NCBI RefSeq assembly: GCF_009914755.1
Contig: NC_060929.1
Length of the DNA: 64,000 nt
Direction: 5' to 3' (one strand)
Source: the human T2T-CHM13v2.0 reference genome, Homo sapiens
Both the position numbers and the translations under genes were made by a program. This document shows, piece by piece, positions 1 through 20,930 of the stretch; positions within the stretch are counted from its first letter, which is position 1, and every line of letters starts with the position of its first letter. The notes beneath the pieces were generated by a model, which worked only from the letters and a program-made list of their open reading frames with translations, ran no database searches and had not been told where the DNA came from.

Positions 1-400
1 CTAGACTAAAATATGCAACAGGGACTTGGTGAAACATAAGTCCAAATGGTCAGTACAAATACGAAAAGATTTTCAAACTCATAAGTAATCAAGTAAATAC
101 AAATTAAAACCAAAAGAAGATACTTGCATGTATTTGCTACAGTGCCAAATATATAAACATCTTAAAACTTTTTGCTAACTATATGGAGCAACGGAAACTG
201 TCACACACTAATGGTGGTAGTATAAATTGGCATGACATTTTAAAACAGCTTGGCATCATCTAATAAATTGAAGAACCTCACACTTTATTGCAATAATTCT
301 CTCCCAGAGAAGTTTTATGGGTTTGGATAAATAGCAGCATTGTTACAATAGCCCCAGTTTTAAAAAAATCTATCAATTATACATTGTATAAATTAATATC
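1..400 (+). mobile_element. Old L1 (L1ME-like) 3' fragment
   Basis: Degenerate L1 ORF2 C-terminus/3'UTR motifs (AAATACAAATTAAAACC, GGAGCAACGGAAACTG..TATAAATTGG, CCCAGAGAA). Confidence 0.65.
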
Positions 401-954
401 TCACTTTTAATTGTCATGTGAAGTTCAAATGAGGTATGTCATTTGAGGCATATTTAAATAATAATTTTTTTAATTAAAAGACAATAAACACATAATAGAT
501 GATAACATGGAATATTACATGCCAATAATATTATCAACAAGTATGTGAGTACATGTCAGCTTTTAAAATAAAGATACATGTGTTTTAAATTTTATTATTT
601 GTTTCTGAGACGATGAGACTGTCAGACTTGTAAACTGTAGGGTGTGTTAATAGTGCAAATTATATAGTTGATATCTTAACTTCAAGTAAGATAGTTTCTT
701 TCTTTGAATTTTCACTTTTCATGTCTCAAAATCCTATTTAAAATAACAATCCAACTCCAAGTTAGAAAAAGAATAGAACATTTCTCAGCCTTGTATAAAA
801 TTTAAGTAATTTTGTGTGTATATAACCTAATCGTAGAGGGAAAAGTCCATTATCCATGTATTTTATCAAGGAGTCAGGTCATTGCATACGGTTTGTAACT
901 CCCTAATGACTGGGTAAAGATTATTTTCTGTGGTAATTTGCAGATGTTATCCTA

Positions 955-1382
955 CCATTATCTAGGTTCCATTGCTCTATGGAGCAATGGACATGACAAA
1001 ATCGACTAGATTATGCCACATTACCAAACACCTCCCAGGACCAAAACCTTAATAAGGTACATGTTTATACACTCGCTCTTAGTATCTATGTGGGTAAGTG
1101 TATGGGTTGGCAGGGGCCCTGCTTACCAGAGAGATGCAGGCTGATGAAAGCTCTTAAGACACGGTTTCAAAGGCACCACAGCTAAAGGACATAAGTATAG
1201 TAAGTTATGCACTGGTTTTAGCTTCCAGCCATACCTGATACTCATCACTTCTGTTTATATTTCACTGGACAAAGAAGGTTACATAGCCACCCTAACTTCA
1301 AATGGGGTAAGAATGTTTAATTCTGCCATGTGCCTAGAAGGAGAATCAAAATATACATAAACAGTTCTAATAGCAATCACAG
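955..1382 (-). mobile_element. Old MaLR solo LTR (MLT1J/K-like)
   Basis: CATCACTTCTG..TTCACTGG..CCTAACTTCAA..CCATGTGCCTAGAAGGAGAA..AATCACA, typical of an antisense MLT1J/K end. Confidence 0.65.
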
Positions 1383-1479
1383 TAAATAACCAGCTATTTC
1401 TGTCTGGAATCTTGTACATTCAGGAATTCAATCAGAAAATAACTAGGTTTATTAACCCATGCTAGTACTTAATGAACAT

Positions 1480-2050
1480 TTTCAGTCTGCAGACTCAAGA
1501 CTTTTATTACATAAGAAAAACACATTTTATCATTTCCCTAATCGTTGTGCTCCATCTGTTTATTTTTCTCTTTTTGGGAGTTACGCATCTCTAATCTTTT
1601 TATGTCTTTTTTTTTTTAATCTCAATGTCAATTTCCTTATAGTGTGGTCTGTTTTGAGTTATTTCTTCTACTTGTTATTCCAAGCCACTAATAAAGGTGA
1701 CTAGCCTTTCCTTCAACTATTGGTTTCTTTTTTGTTTTGGTTCCCAAATCTTGCTTGCTATTATTTTTATAGCTGTTTCCCCAGTTCCAGAAGTTTTAGT
1801 TGTGCTACACTTGAATTTTCTTTAGTGTTCTCACTATTTTTCTTTAATGTGTACTCTCTCACCTCGCTGTCCTATTTTATTAGGATTTTTCTAACTCGCA
1901 CAGTTTGCTTGTATTTTTCACTTGGCTAATGGGTCTTCTTGGATTTGCTATTATTATTAATTTGTTTACTTATATTGTCGGTCGGCTTGCTGCTTTAGCT
2001 GCCGGAGTAACTTAAGTGATAGCAATCTTGGTTTGTTTCTCTTTTGTCAG
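1480..2050 (-). mobile_element. Probable very old L1/HAL1 ORF1-region relic
   Basis: Strong T-rich strand bias; reverse complement has AAGTAGAAGAAATAACTCAAAA, resembling ORF1 coiled-coil sequence; no open frame. Confidence 0.35.
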
Positions 2051-4762
2051 GGCCTTACTAGCCAATAAGTTGTCAATGCCTATAGCAGGTAAACAACTAC
2101 TCTCAGGAATCTTGTAAGTGGCAAAGGCTGGCGGTTTATCAGTTCAAGAGCCAGAATATAGAAAATGAAGGCCTCCTTGTGGCAAAACTCCTTTCTCTGG
2201 AAAACCCCTGAGAAAAAGTTTTGTTCAGCATTTGCAGCACAATTTCTTACTTTCAATACTTTAAAGTAGTTAAGACCAAAAGTCCTCAAAGCTGTCCAGT
2301 CCCGGAGAGGTAGATAGGTGCATTTCAAGGACAACAAATATACACCATCTGATTGTGGTCTTTCTCAACTACATAAGAATTGGAAAGTCACAGAGGCTAA
2401 TATTTAATATCAAAAATGAAAAACATAAAGCTGTTCTCTTTTTACACCATAAGTAGAATTTGACATTTTGGATACCTAATATTTTCCCTAACTTACAGAT
2501 ATAGGAATATATTATATTAATGGCTATTTCTTAATATACCATCTATTATTCAGGCTACATTCCTTCTCTGAATATTTTATCTTTTTTATTTTTCTCATTT
2601 GTGCTTCTCATCTGAAACAGACTAAAATCCCTTGTTACTAGTTATCAAAACTGGATTTCTTTCAGTATCTAACAAAGTTTAAATTTATAAAAATAAATGA
2701 ATGAATGAAAAGACTAGACCTCAAAAAGAGATAGATGAACATAGAACATAAAAGGATTCCTCATTTGTCATGTCACTGCAATTCAAAAGTCTCCGCCAAT
2801 GCAAGAAATCTTCTTTCTGGATAGATGTTTGCTATCCTTTACACTAGTTGCCTTAATAATAGATGATTATAGCCTGTCTGCATACTTCCTAGAGCTTAAA
2901 TTGGATATAATTTTCTTCATTTCCTGTCTTAAGTCATATTGAAAATGTTTTGAAAAATTTTAAACATCTGCTTAATTCCACTAAAGAGGTGGCTATGTTT
3001 TATTATAAGTGAGGCAGACTGTATGTTTGGCTATCTCTTGTGTGTATATTCAGCATGGTGATTTTGTATAAATGGGCCCAGACATTTAAATCATACATTT
3101 GTGAGCCATTTGTAAAGTCTATAGAATTTTTTTAAGTTAGAAATTTAAGATCCTGATCTTATTATGACTGAAATGATCATATGTGAAGACAGAGTGTCTT
3201 TGTCTGTTGATTTAATGGCTCCAATTACTATCTAATATATATAGACAGGCATCTACTTGTCCTGGGAGACAGAAGCTTTCAGAGCATCATGTCTCACTTG
3301 CTTTTAAGTCAAATTTGGTTTTCATTCTTTTGGCAGCTGCTCAAGCTTATTGCTACATAATTGGCACCAACAGCTGCCTCTGCTGTGTAAACCATATGAA
3401 CATCACACAATCCCGGATCTCGCCATCTCATTATTAGCACACTTTTTTGTGCAACGAGGTGTGTAGGCAAAAATAAACAAACCAAGAAATATTATGGAGA
3501 GCCTTATGATTCTGGATTCAGACAAATTTCTATAAGATTTCTTTCACTGTCTGAAGCTTACACAGTACCATAATTCCTTACAGCTTTGTATGTTTATGTT
3601 TATTTTTCTACCTTCCCTTGGCTTCCTTAATAGAGAAAATACATTTCAAGAATAATTAAATAAGCTAGCAATGTAATTATAAAAAGACTCAACTTCTACA
3701 CTTGACCCTTAAAAATAAATTATAAATCTATATTTACTTTGTGAGCATAATTTAAAATAATGAACAGGAAAGACGGAAGGCTAAGTAGAGCTCCATCAAG
3801 GTATTACCTTAAGGCATATGGAGTTTTATCTAGTTGATGATAAGGTGAACTGAAATATCGAATTCAGAAACATTTCTCCTTTTGGTAACATAAACCAAAC
3901 ATTTATCCATCTGCCCTTTCAGTGGGATGCAGACCTTTGGTCCATAATATAATTCACTGTAAGTATGTTCATTAAAAAAAAAACAAAAAAACAAACAAAA
4001 AAAACAAACAGCTGTTCCTCGTAACCACACCACATTAAATGTTCAGTAAGCTTAGAAAATATATCCTGGCTGGCAAAGATAGATCTAGAGTAAACAAGAC
4101 TGTTTAGTTCTTTGCCACAAGTAACCCTGCTTGGTCATTAAATTAATTACTTGTGTGTGACTATCTTAAGTATCTTTAAGGCCAAAACATTTATTGGGTA
4201 AAATATAGGATGTCGGGTCTAATAAATGTTATTAGTACATGTATACTCTGCGATAAAAGATACAAAAATTAATAGAAATATGCATGTGTATAAATACAAA
4301 TATTTGTTTAAACTAATATATAAATAAATGAATACATACTTTATTATTTCAGTTGCTATGGCTGAATTTAGCTGTTGCCAGAGAACAAAATAATTATTTT
4401 AAATGAATGATTTTTTATTCCTCTTCTTCCTTGAAAACAAATATTTTCTTATAGCCTGATTGATTTACCTCATGAAATTGAAGAAACAAAGATTGCCAAT
4501 GTGTTTTTCTTATCTATCCATTTACATCAAATCTACTGTCATTGAGACCCAGATCGTAACACCTAGAATAAAACTCTACATGGTTTTTGTCCCTTTACCA
4601 ACCTGTTCCAAATTATTCAAAGATATTATATCAGCTTTCTAAAACATATCATGGCATTTTTTGAAAACTAGAGAAATACTTATTTTTTTTAACAATCTAA
4701 ATCTTCAAGATAAAGTATTCACAGAATCAAATCTTGCCCTATAAATAAACTCCTACTGTATC

Positions 4763-4910
4763 ACACACACACACACACCACGTATCTCCTTACATTTGAG
4801 TCATCACTCCTTGATGATATTTATAAACATTGGTTGAGTAATTGAATCTATATGTTCAACACAGTTTCTGTGCATGCGTGTGTGTGTGCACACACATGCA
4901 CACATGCACT
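4763..4910. repeat. (CA)n and (TG)n/(CA)n alternating purine-pyrimidine tracts
   Basis: CACACACA at 4763-4780; TGTGCATGCGTGTGTGTGTGCACACACATGCACACATGCAC at ~4869-4910. Confidence 0.85.
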
Positions 4911-5119
4911 TGTGTATCTGTGGTTTAAATTTGGCACTGTTTATGTATTTGGGAAGAATTTATTTCACAAACTTCGTTTCACCTTTATGATAGGGACTCT
5001 ATTAAACACTGAACAAAATAATAACTAAGTCATAGCCCTTGACTTTTTGGAGTTCCATTTTAGCTGGTTAGAGAAGTTTCCTTTAATCCTAGTTTGCTCC
5101 GAGCAAAAAGAGTTAAAAA

Positions 5120-7260
<2,141 letters not shown>

Positions 7261-8720
7261 TCTGTCCTGGATTCAGACATATTTATTTCTTATGGATTTT
7301 CTCCTACTTCAATAACTGCTCTAGCTCAGTCTCCTTGAGTGGCACCACCCTGTCAATTCTGTAACATCCTTCTAAGGTCCCTCCTATTTTCAGAAATGTA
7401 ATAAAGTTCTGTTTGCACAAATATGACCCTTCCTTCACCTTTTCTCCCATATTTCTATTTGAATAAAAGGTTTCCTGGAAATATTTTCAAAAAGTCTGCT
7501 CTTTAATATTGAATAAACAATTCCGCTGTTTCACCATGAATTGCCATTGTTTTAGAGCTGATTCAAGCAAACTAGAAATTTGAAATATATCCAAAGAAAG
7601 TAAATGAAGAGATAACTGATAGGTAAATAAACATAACCCACATCTTTGTATATTTTTATCTTTGTATGTTTTTATCTATTTTTTTAAATGTGCTTGAAAA
7701 AAAAATTGTAGTTTTAATGCAGTTGCAAATGTTTGTTTAGAAAATAAAAATAGGATACACATTATCAATCTTAAATTGTATTATCTAGTATCAGATTCAA
7801 ATGTCTGTAAAATTAAAATTATTTACTGTCGGGCAAAACATTTTATGCTATAGTCTTTGTCTTATCAAATAAATTTCCTTCAACAACAATAAAAATCTAT
7901 TTAATTAAAAATTGCAAATTATAATAAATAAGGTAAACTATTTAAATAGATATGTGCATCCTCAAAACAATTACTTTCTAATGAAGAGTGCAAATATGTG
8001 AAATATTTAGCCTATTTTCAAGTAAAGGTCAGAATATTATTTTAAGCCTTCTTAGCAGTGATTTTATTCAAATACTGAATGTCATAACAAAAATAAATTT
8101 CATTTATAAGCGTTCTTATGCTGAAAACAAGTTTTTTTCTCAAATTTGTCATTGGTCCTTACATTCCTCAATTGCTGTCAGTAGGTTATTACACGCACTT
8201 AAGAAGAAAGCCATTTCTTCTTAAATATTCTATAATTCAGACTTCCCTTTTATTTCCCAATTGGGCAAAATTAATGAGATTTTACTACAGATACTGCTGT
8301 GTGAAAGTCAATGCTAATTAGAAGCTTTACAATTCAAAAAGGTGAACTGAGAATTCCTGTGTTGGAATTATGAGAGAAAAGAATACTAGAACACAGCAGA
8401 TGGTGAGAAAAAAAGGAATTGAATGGGAAGGAGGAAGAAAAAATAGAATTAACAAAATGTTCATTTTATGCACAGCGAGAATATAAAAACACACCTGACA
8501 CTTAGGAAACATCTAATCCCTATTGTTGGCAGTAACCCAGTGCCTCCACATCTTTTAATTTCTACCCAACAAAATTTAGTTTCACCTATCCTTATAAAAA
8601 ACCTACAAAGGTATTAATTTTTTCTTTAAATATTTTTCTCTTAGCATATACAAAAAGACAATGTTATAAAACTAGACGTGTCCAATTGCTTCATAAAGTT
8701 TGGCCTGATATTATAGCTCT

Positions 8721-8960
8721 TGTTTTTTTTTGTTTGTTTGTTTTGTTTTTTTGAGGCAGTCTCTCTCTGTCACCCACTCCACCTGCCTCAGCCTCCTGAG
8801 TAGCTGGGACTACAGGTGCCCGCCACTACGCCCAGGTAATTTCTTTTTGTATTTTTAGTAGAGACGGGGTTTCACCGTGTTAGCCAGGATGGTCTCGATC
8901 TCCTGATCTCATGGACTCCCAAAGTGCTGGGATTACAGGCATGAGCCACCGTGCCCAGCC
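8721..8960 (-). mobile_element. AluY-like with internal deletions
   Basis: AluY diagnostic CACCGTGTTAGCCAGGATGGTCTCGATCTCC; TSD GATATTATAGCTCT (8707) / GATATTATGGCTTT (8961). Confidence 0.93.
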
Positions 8961-9049
8961 GATATTATGGCTTTGATGTATGCTGTCTATAGCATAATCC
9001 TGTCTATACAATATTTTGCTACTTTATGAGAAATAAACTCCTTAAGGGA

Positions 9050-9135
9050 AAAATATTTCTATTGTTCACCTTCATATCATGCATAATGCCTAATACAGTA
9101 TATGGAGCACAATAAGGGCTAAACAAATGCTTATG
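9050..9135 (+). mobile_element. L2 3' end relic
   Basis: ATTGTTCACC..ATGCCTAATACAGTA..GCACAATAAG..AACAAATGCTT. Confidence 0.45.
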
Positions 9136-11211
9136 TGTCTCTGTAACATAATTATTTTATTCGTGATCTCAGGCACTGTAAATGAACCTTGTTGCATCAC
9201 TGGGCAGCATTTTTTTCTACTTATACTAACCCATGCTAAAGAAAACAGAAAGCAGAAGATAAGAATGAGGATATTTGAAAGGATGTGTGAAGATTTTCAC
9301 TGGAGCATCATAAGATTGTTCAAATATGTGATAACTAGTATGAATTTCTTGAGAAATAATAGAACATGTTGCCTTCTAATGCCTAATACTTGTTCTTCTT
9401 GCCTCTCTGGACTAGCATGGTAAAACAATGTTAGTATTATGTTCCATAAGTGAAAATTAATGAACTTAACATTAATGTAGATGCTGGTAGGTAGACAGAA
9501 CTTCTCTAGCATGGTAGGTAGAGAAAAATAGCTGTCCATCTAAAGTTAAAAAAAAAACAAAACTTGCTATCATAGGACAGTGTGATCAAAAATTAGAAAA
9601 TGCAGTGGAAACATATCAGTCACCAAACTAAGCTATGATCTGGGGTGATGGCTAAAACATATTTTAACTCAGGGTATTTTCATCTGTGGAAAGAATTTTT
9701 TTTAAATATTAAAATCACAAGGCAGCTAGGAACCCTGTATGCTGCCAAATGGAGCAATTAGTTTTATAAAAGTATTTTTCCTTGTAGAAGAATCTTAACC
9801 TTACTCAACAATAAAAAGATAAATAAATAAAATAAGAGAAGAAATGCAGAAAGGGGCCTGGTGGAAGGGCAATAATTGAAACATATTTTTCAAGCAAAGG
9901 AAGAACACTCTCATATAAAAGTAATTTTATTTCTGGCATCTTTGTCTTTTAAATGAACCTATAATATAATGAATTAATTTAATAAAAGCACCTGTTTTAT
10001 TTAAACTATATTTTAATAAAATTGAATATGAAGCAAATCTCAATATTATTTTCTATATAAATAATTATATTTACCAATTTTAAATGTCCTCTGAGAAACA
10101 CTTGATATTTAGGCCTTGAAGAACTAAACCCTTAAACTTAGAAAGTAATGATTGAGCAAATTTCTTTCCAGTATATATAACCAATACACTTTTATTTATA
10201 ACCTATTTCAGTGTACATCAAAATCTCCAAAGTTCAGTCACTAAGAAATATTAAACAATAGTAAGCAATCATTAAAAAAAAATCGGGATCCTTCTGAAGG
10301 TTTTTAGGCTTACACATTTAATAAGAATCGCTAACAGTCTTTTGCATATGTTATATTGTTATATTTTATATAATTAACTGTTGCCATTATTTGAAATGCT
10401 TAAGTATTGAAAATATACTTCAGATAGCAATGAAGAACCCAGCATTATAAAGCATCTTTTTCATAGTTATCAGAAAAGAATTTATGAAGATAATTATCGA
10501 CATGAGGATTACTATCAATGTTTGCTCTGTCTTGCTAATTGCCATAGCTAAGACTCTTTCTAAGACCATTTATGGAACTATCTTGCAGAGAGACAAGGAT
10601 AAAACAACTGGCTCATATTTACATGCAGAAAGGAAAAAAAAGAGTATTTTCAGCATTGAGTGAAGCAGGAGCACATGGAACTTAAAAAAGTAAATGTCAT
10701 TGAACTCTATGAGAAGCTGGAAACTTGACAATAGAGTTTGCGTGTGGGAAATAAAGCTCCACCAATCCCATCACTCTTACTAATAATAAGTACAGAAAAA
10801 TGACCTCATTTGTATTACTAAGAACATAACTAGCGAACTTTCTTCTATCGAAGTATAAAATTCAGAAGCAAGAGGGAATGTATTAAACTCCCAAGTACTT
10901 TGAAATTCAAGTTAATTCTTATTTTGTGTTACATATTGGGTATTTTAGACCAATGAATATTCCACATTTCTGAAATGCAAAAGACAAAATTGAAGTATAT
11001 TGAGAAATATATATTTTGAATAATAAGCCATTAAAAATGTAAAAAGAAACATACAGTTGAGCTATCATCAGTGAAAACATTGTTTGTCAAGTGCCAAAAG
11101 ACATTGTAAATAAATCAGTAAATGAAAAGTCAAAATAGAAAAACATTAATTCACTTGGTGAGTTTTAATATTTGTGCACACATACTTTTTCCAGTGTTAA
11201 ATATTAACTGC

Positions 11212-11583
11212 TATCTTAGCTCAACATGTTCTAATAAATTATTTTAGATAAGATGACTTGTTACCAGCAGAAATTTATTTTTCACAGGTCTGGAGGTTGG
11301 AAGTCTGAGATCAGGGTGCCAGCATGGTCGGGTTCTGGTAAGAGCCCTCTTACAGGTTGCAGAGTACTGACTTTTGAGTTGTATCCTCACATAGAAGAGA
11401 GCAGAAAGAAGCAAGCTTTTATAAGGGTTCTGATCTTATTTGTGGGAACATTGCCCCATTATCCTCATGATTTCATCTAATCCTAATTATCTTGCAAGCG
11501 GTCTACCTCCTAATATCATCATATTGAGAGGTAGGGTTTTGACATGTGACTTTCGGAAGGACACAAACATTCGATCCATAATA
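11212..11583 (-). mobile_element. MaLR solo LTR (MLT1A-like)
   Basis: AGAAATTTATTTTTCACAG..CTGGAGGTTGGAAGTCTGAGATCAGGGTGCCAGCATGGTCGGGTTCTGGT; ends GGACACAAACATTC; ~370 bp. Confidence 0.9.
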
Positions 11584-11849
11584 ACTTTAATGACCTCTGA
11601 AGGACTCTCCACAATGCTAAGTAAAGGTGCTGGAATATCATCTTAAATAGTACAGTGATTTAAATAAGTACAAAATACAGATAGTAGACTGAACTTTTCA
11701 AATAGAGGGAAATATATATTTAAAAGTTCATTTATATAATGGCTAGATGCTCATTTTATTTTCTCTTTGATCTGCAGCTCTAGGCGAAAATTCTGAGATA
11801 GCATTTAGTTCTACATTTTAAAAATCAACATTTTCAGAAAGTTGTTTTT

Positions 11850-13585
11850 TAGTTTTTAAAAGTACTTAGATTAAGTTATACATGCACATAATGTAAAAAT
11901 TCAAATGTTTCTACTAGGTTTGTTATACAAAAAACAGATCACCACTTCTCTCTTCCACAATTCTCCTATGTTCTAGGTAACCAGCTTTTCATTTGTTTAC
12001 GTCATCCTTTTTACCTGGAAATGTCTGAATGACATCATTACATTTCTATTTTGTTTTGTTTTGTTTACAGATTAACTAATGATTTTTACTATGAAAAAAT
12101 GACGACATGAATCCCATCTCCCCCCCAACTCACATTACCACAGCATTCTTCCTAACCATCCATCCTTTCACAAATTGTATTATAATTTTGTTTAGACCAG
12201 TATTCCTTATTATTCATAGATGAGCCAGCTAGTAAAGCATGAGTTTCCTTCCCTCCACAACTTTTGCTACTCCTTAGAATGAATACTTTTCCTGCTCTTT
12301 CATAGTTTAGTTTTCTGCTAATCACTTTTTCTTTTCCTTTTATTTTATTTATTTATTTATTTGGAGACAGAGTCTTGCTTTGTTGCCTAGGGCTGGAGTG
12401 CAGTTGCATGATCTCGGCTCACTGCAACCTCTGCTTCCTGGGTTCAAGCAATTATCATGCCTCAGCCTCCCAAGTAGCTGGAAGTACAGGTGCCCGCCAC
12501 CATGCCTGGCTAATTTTTGTATTTTAGTAGAGACAGGGTTTCATCATGTTGCCCAGGGTGATCTCAAACTCCTGAGCTCAGGCAATCCTCCTGTCTCGGC
12601 CTCCCAAAGTGCTAGGATTACAGGATTACAGGCTAGGAGCCACTGTGCCCGGCCAGTCTTCTGCTAATTACGAATTCAACCATATATTATTCACTTACTG
12701 TTTAGAATTCCTCCCAGAAATATTGATCACATTAGAAATAAACTCAATATTTTAAGCAAAAGTTCATTCAAAGACTTCTGACCTACTGCAATCTGCATGG
12801 TTTTTCTGTATACCTGATTTGGTTTCCTGTGTTTCCTGAATTCTTTATTAAAAATATTTAAAAACTGACAAGTCAAGTAATAACCAACAGAGCTAGACTG
12901 GGGCACTGACCAATCGGAATAGATGCAGGCTATAAAACATTGAGAAAGCTGTGCATGTACAGCCTTATCAGTATAGGCCAAATGAATATCGAAACACCTT
13001 GTCATTCTATGTCTTCCTCTTTCCTGATTTCTTTATGCTTTTGGTGGTAATTATCCTTCAATGACTCCATAAAATGAATAAATAAATGAATATGAATATT
13101 AATTAATGAAAAATATGAGGTAAGCCTTTACTACACCATGTTTGTTTATAATTCTATACAAACCATATATACCATGTTGGTATATAATTCTAGATTGAAA
13201 ACAATTTTTCTTTATATTTTTGGATGTATTTCACCTTCATGTTCCCATTGGCTTTTGAGAGATGTGAAACCAGTTATATTTTTTTCCTTCTCTGGAATCT
13301 TATAGCATCTTCTCTTTTTCCTCATGTTCTTAAAAAAATCTCACAATGATGTGATTTGGCAAGAGTTCATTTTTGTCCACTGTCCTGAATAGTTATTGTG
13401 TCTTTGAATCTAGCAACTCATTGTTCTATGGTTTTGAGAATATTAATTAAATATTTTTAGGTTCAAATCCCACCTCTCCATTTTCTTTATTACCTCTTTC
13501 TTCTATTTTTAAATAATTGTCTGTATGCCAGATGCTCCATCTTCATTTGTTCTGTATTTTCAAGCTAATCTGTTTACTACAAATT
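11850..13585 (-). mobile_element. HAL1/old L1-like element, 3' part
   Basis: AAGTTATACATGCACAT 3' end; antisense ORF1-like motifs at 13170-13500 (TATAATTCTAGATTGAAAACAATTTT, TCACAATGATGTG). Confidence 0.5.
12326..12654 (-). mobile_element. Alu (old S/J type), full length
   Basis: Dimer; TSD AGTTTTCTGCTAATCAC (12309) / AGTCTTCTGCTAATTAC (12655); internal 8-bp duplication GGATTACA. Confidence 0.96.
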
Positions 13586-13605
13586 GTCTTTTAAATTAAT
13601 AATCT

Positions 13606-13904
13606 ATTTATTTATATATTTAATTTTGAGATGGGGTCTCACTCTGTCACCCAGGCTGGAGAGCAGTGGCGTGATCTCGGCTAACTGCGACCTCTGCCTC
13701 CTGTGTTCAAGCAATTCTCTGCCTCAGCCTCCCGACTAGCTGGGATTACAGGCGCCTGCCACCATGCCCAGCTAATTTTTTTGTATTTTTGTATTTTAGT
13801 TTCACCATCTTGGCCAGGCTGGTCTTGAACTCCTGACCTCATGATCCACCCGCTTTGGACCCCCAAAGTGCTAGGATTACAGGCGTGAGCCACCGCGCCC
13901 AGCC
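13606..13904 (-). mobile_element. AluSg-like
   Basis: GACCTCATGATCC 2-bp-deletion type; ~10-bp deletion at 13800; flanked by AATAATCT repeat (13598 / 13905). Confidence 0.95.
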
Positions 13905-19852
<5,948 letters not shown>

Positions 19853-19859
19853 GTCTAAA

Positions 19860-20930
19860 ATGGATTTTTTGTCATTTATCTTGCCTCTCTTTTACATTAG
19901 AGGCTTTCTTCAGTTTTTTGGTCATTTTGAATATCTATTTCTATTTGTGAGCAGGGGCCTAAATAAGATTGATTGAGAACTCTTAACAGATGGATAGGGC
20001 AACTTCAACTGTAAATTTTATTGTTGGATGCAATTTCTTATAGCAATATCTTTTAATTTTCATCACACTGATTTATTTATGTATTTATTTTTATTTTAGA
20101 GACAGAGTCTCACTCTGTCACCCAGGCTAGAGTGTTGTGGTCCAAACCTAACTCACTGTAACCTTGAAATCCTAGTCTCCAGTGAAATCCTAGGCTGCTT
20201 CAGCCTTCCAAGAAGCTTGGACTATAGGTACGAACCACCATGCCTGACTAATTTTTACTTTTATTTTTTTGTAGAGACTTGGTCTCACTATGGTGTCCAG
20301 TTTGGTCTTACACTCCTGGCCTCAAGTAATCCTCCATCTTTGGACTCCAAAAACTCTGGGACTATAGGCATGAGCCACACTGTACTGGACACCAATCATA
20401 ATTTCCAACCTAGAAAAATTCCACTTCTAGCATTCTGTAAGTCAGTGTTGGAAGAGTTTCTCTTTTTCCGCATAGTGTACACATACTGATACTTAATGGT
20501 CCCCTTCTACTGTTGACTTTGTCATAACATTGGTCCTAACTACACCTTTTGTTCCTCAGGCCATAGTCTCACTCTTTTAATCTCCCTAGAAAATAAACTT
20601 CTAATTTCCTTCAAGAAGCTGTTACCAGGCATGATAGTGTTATGGAGGAGATCTAGGAATCTGACTGCCTCTTAAACTGCTTTCAGATGGTCCTCCTCAT
20701 TGTAGTCACCTCTTTATCTCCAACTTTCAGAGATGTCCCACAATGTCAATTCTTCAGGCTAACACAGTTCCAAAATTTAAGTCTGATTGATTCTCAGCTT
20801 TTTTCATCATGATATAAAATTTGCTTTTCTCAGGTCTGATAAGAGAGGTCTATTAATTTACTTATCACCATTTCACCTGTATTCTAGCTTGCAAATTTTT
20901 TCTGTTTTTGTTTTTTTCTAAGTCTTTCCA
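19860..20930 (-). mobile_element. HAL1-like 5' part (probable continuation of 11850-13585)
   Basis: TAGAGGCTTTCTTCAG..ATCTATTTCTATTTGTGAG..GATTG resembles recalled HAL1 consensus. Confidence 0.4.
20071..20390 (-). mobile_element. AluJ, heavily diverged
   Basis: GAGACAGAGTCTCACTCTGTCACCCAGGCT..CTCCTGGCCTCAAGTAATCCTCC. Confidence 0.92.
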
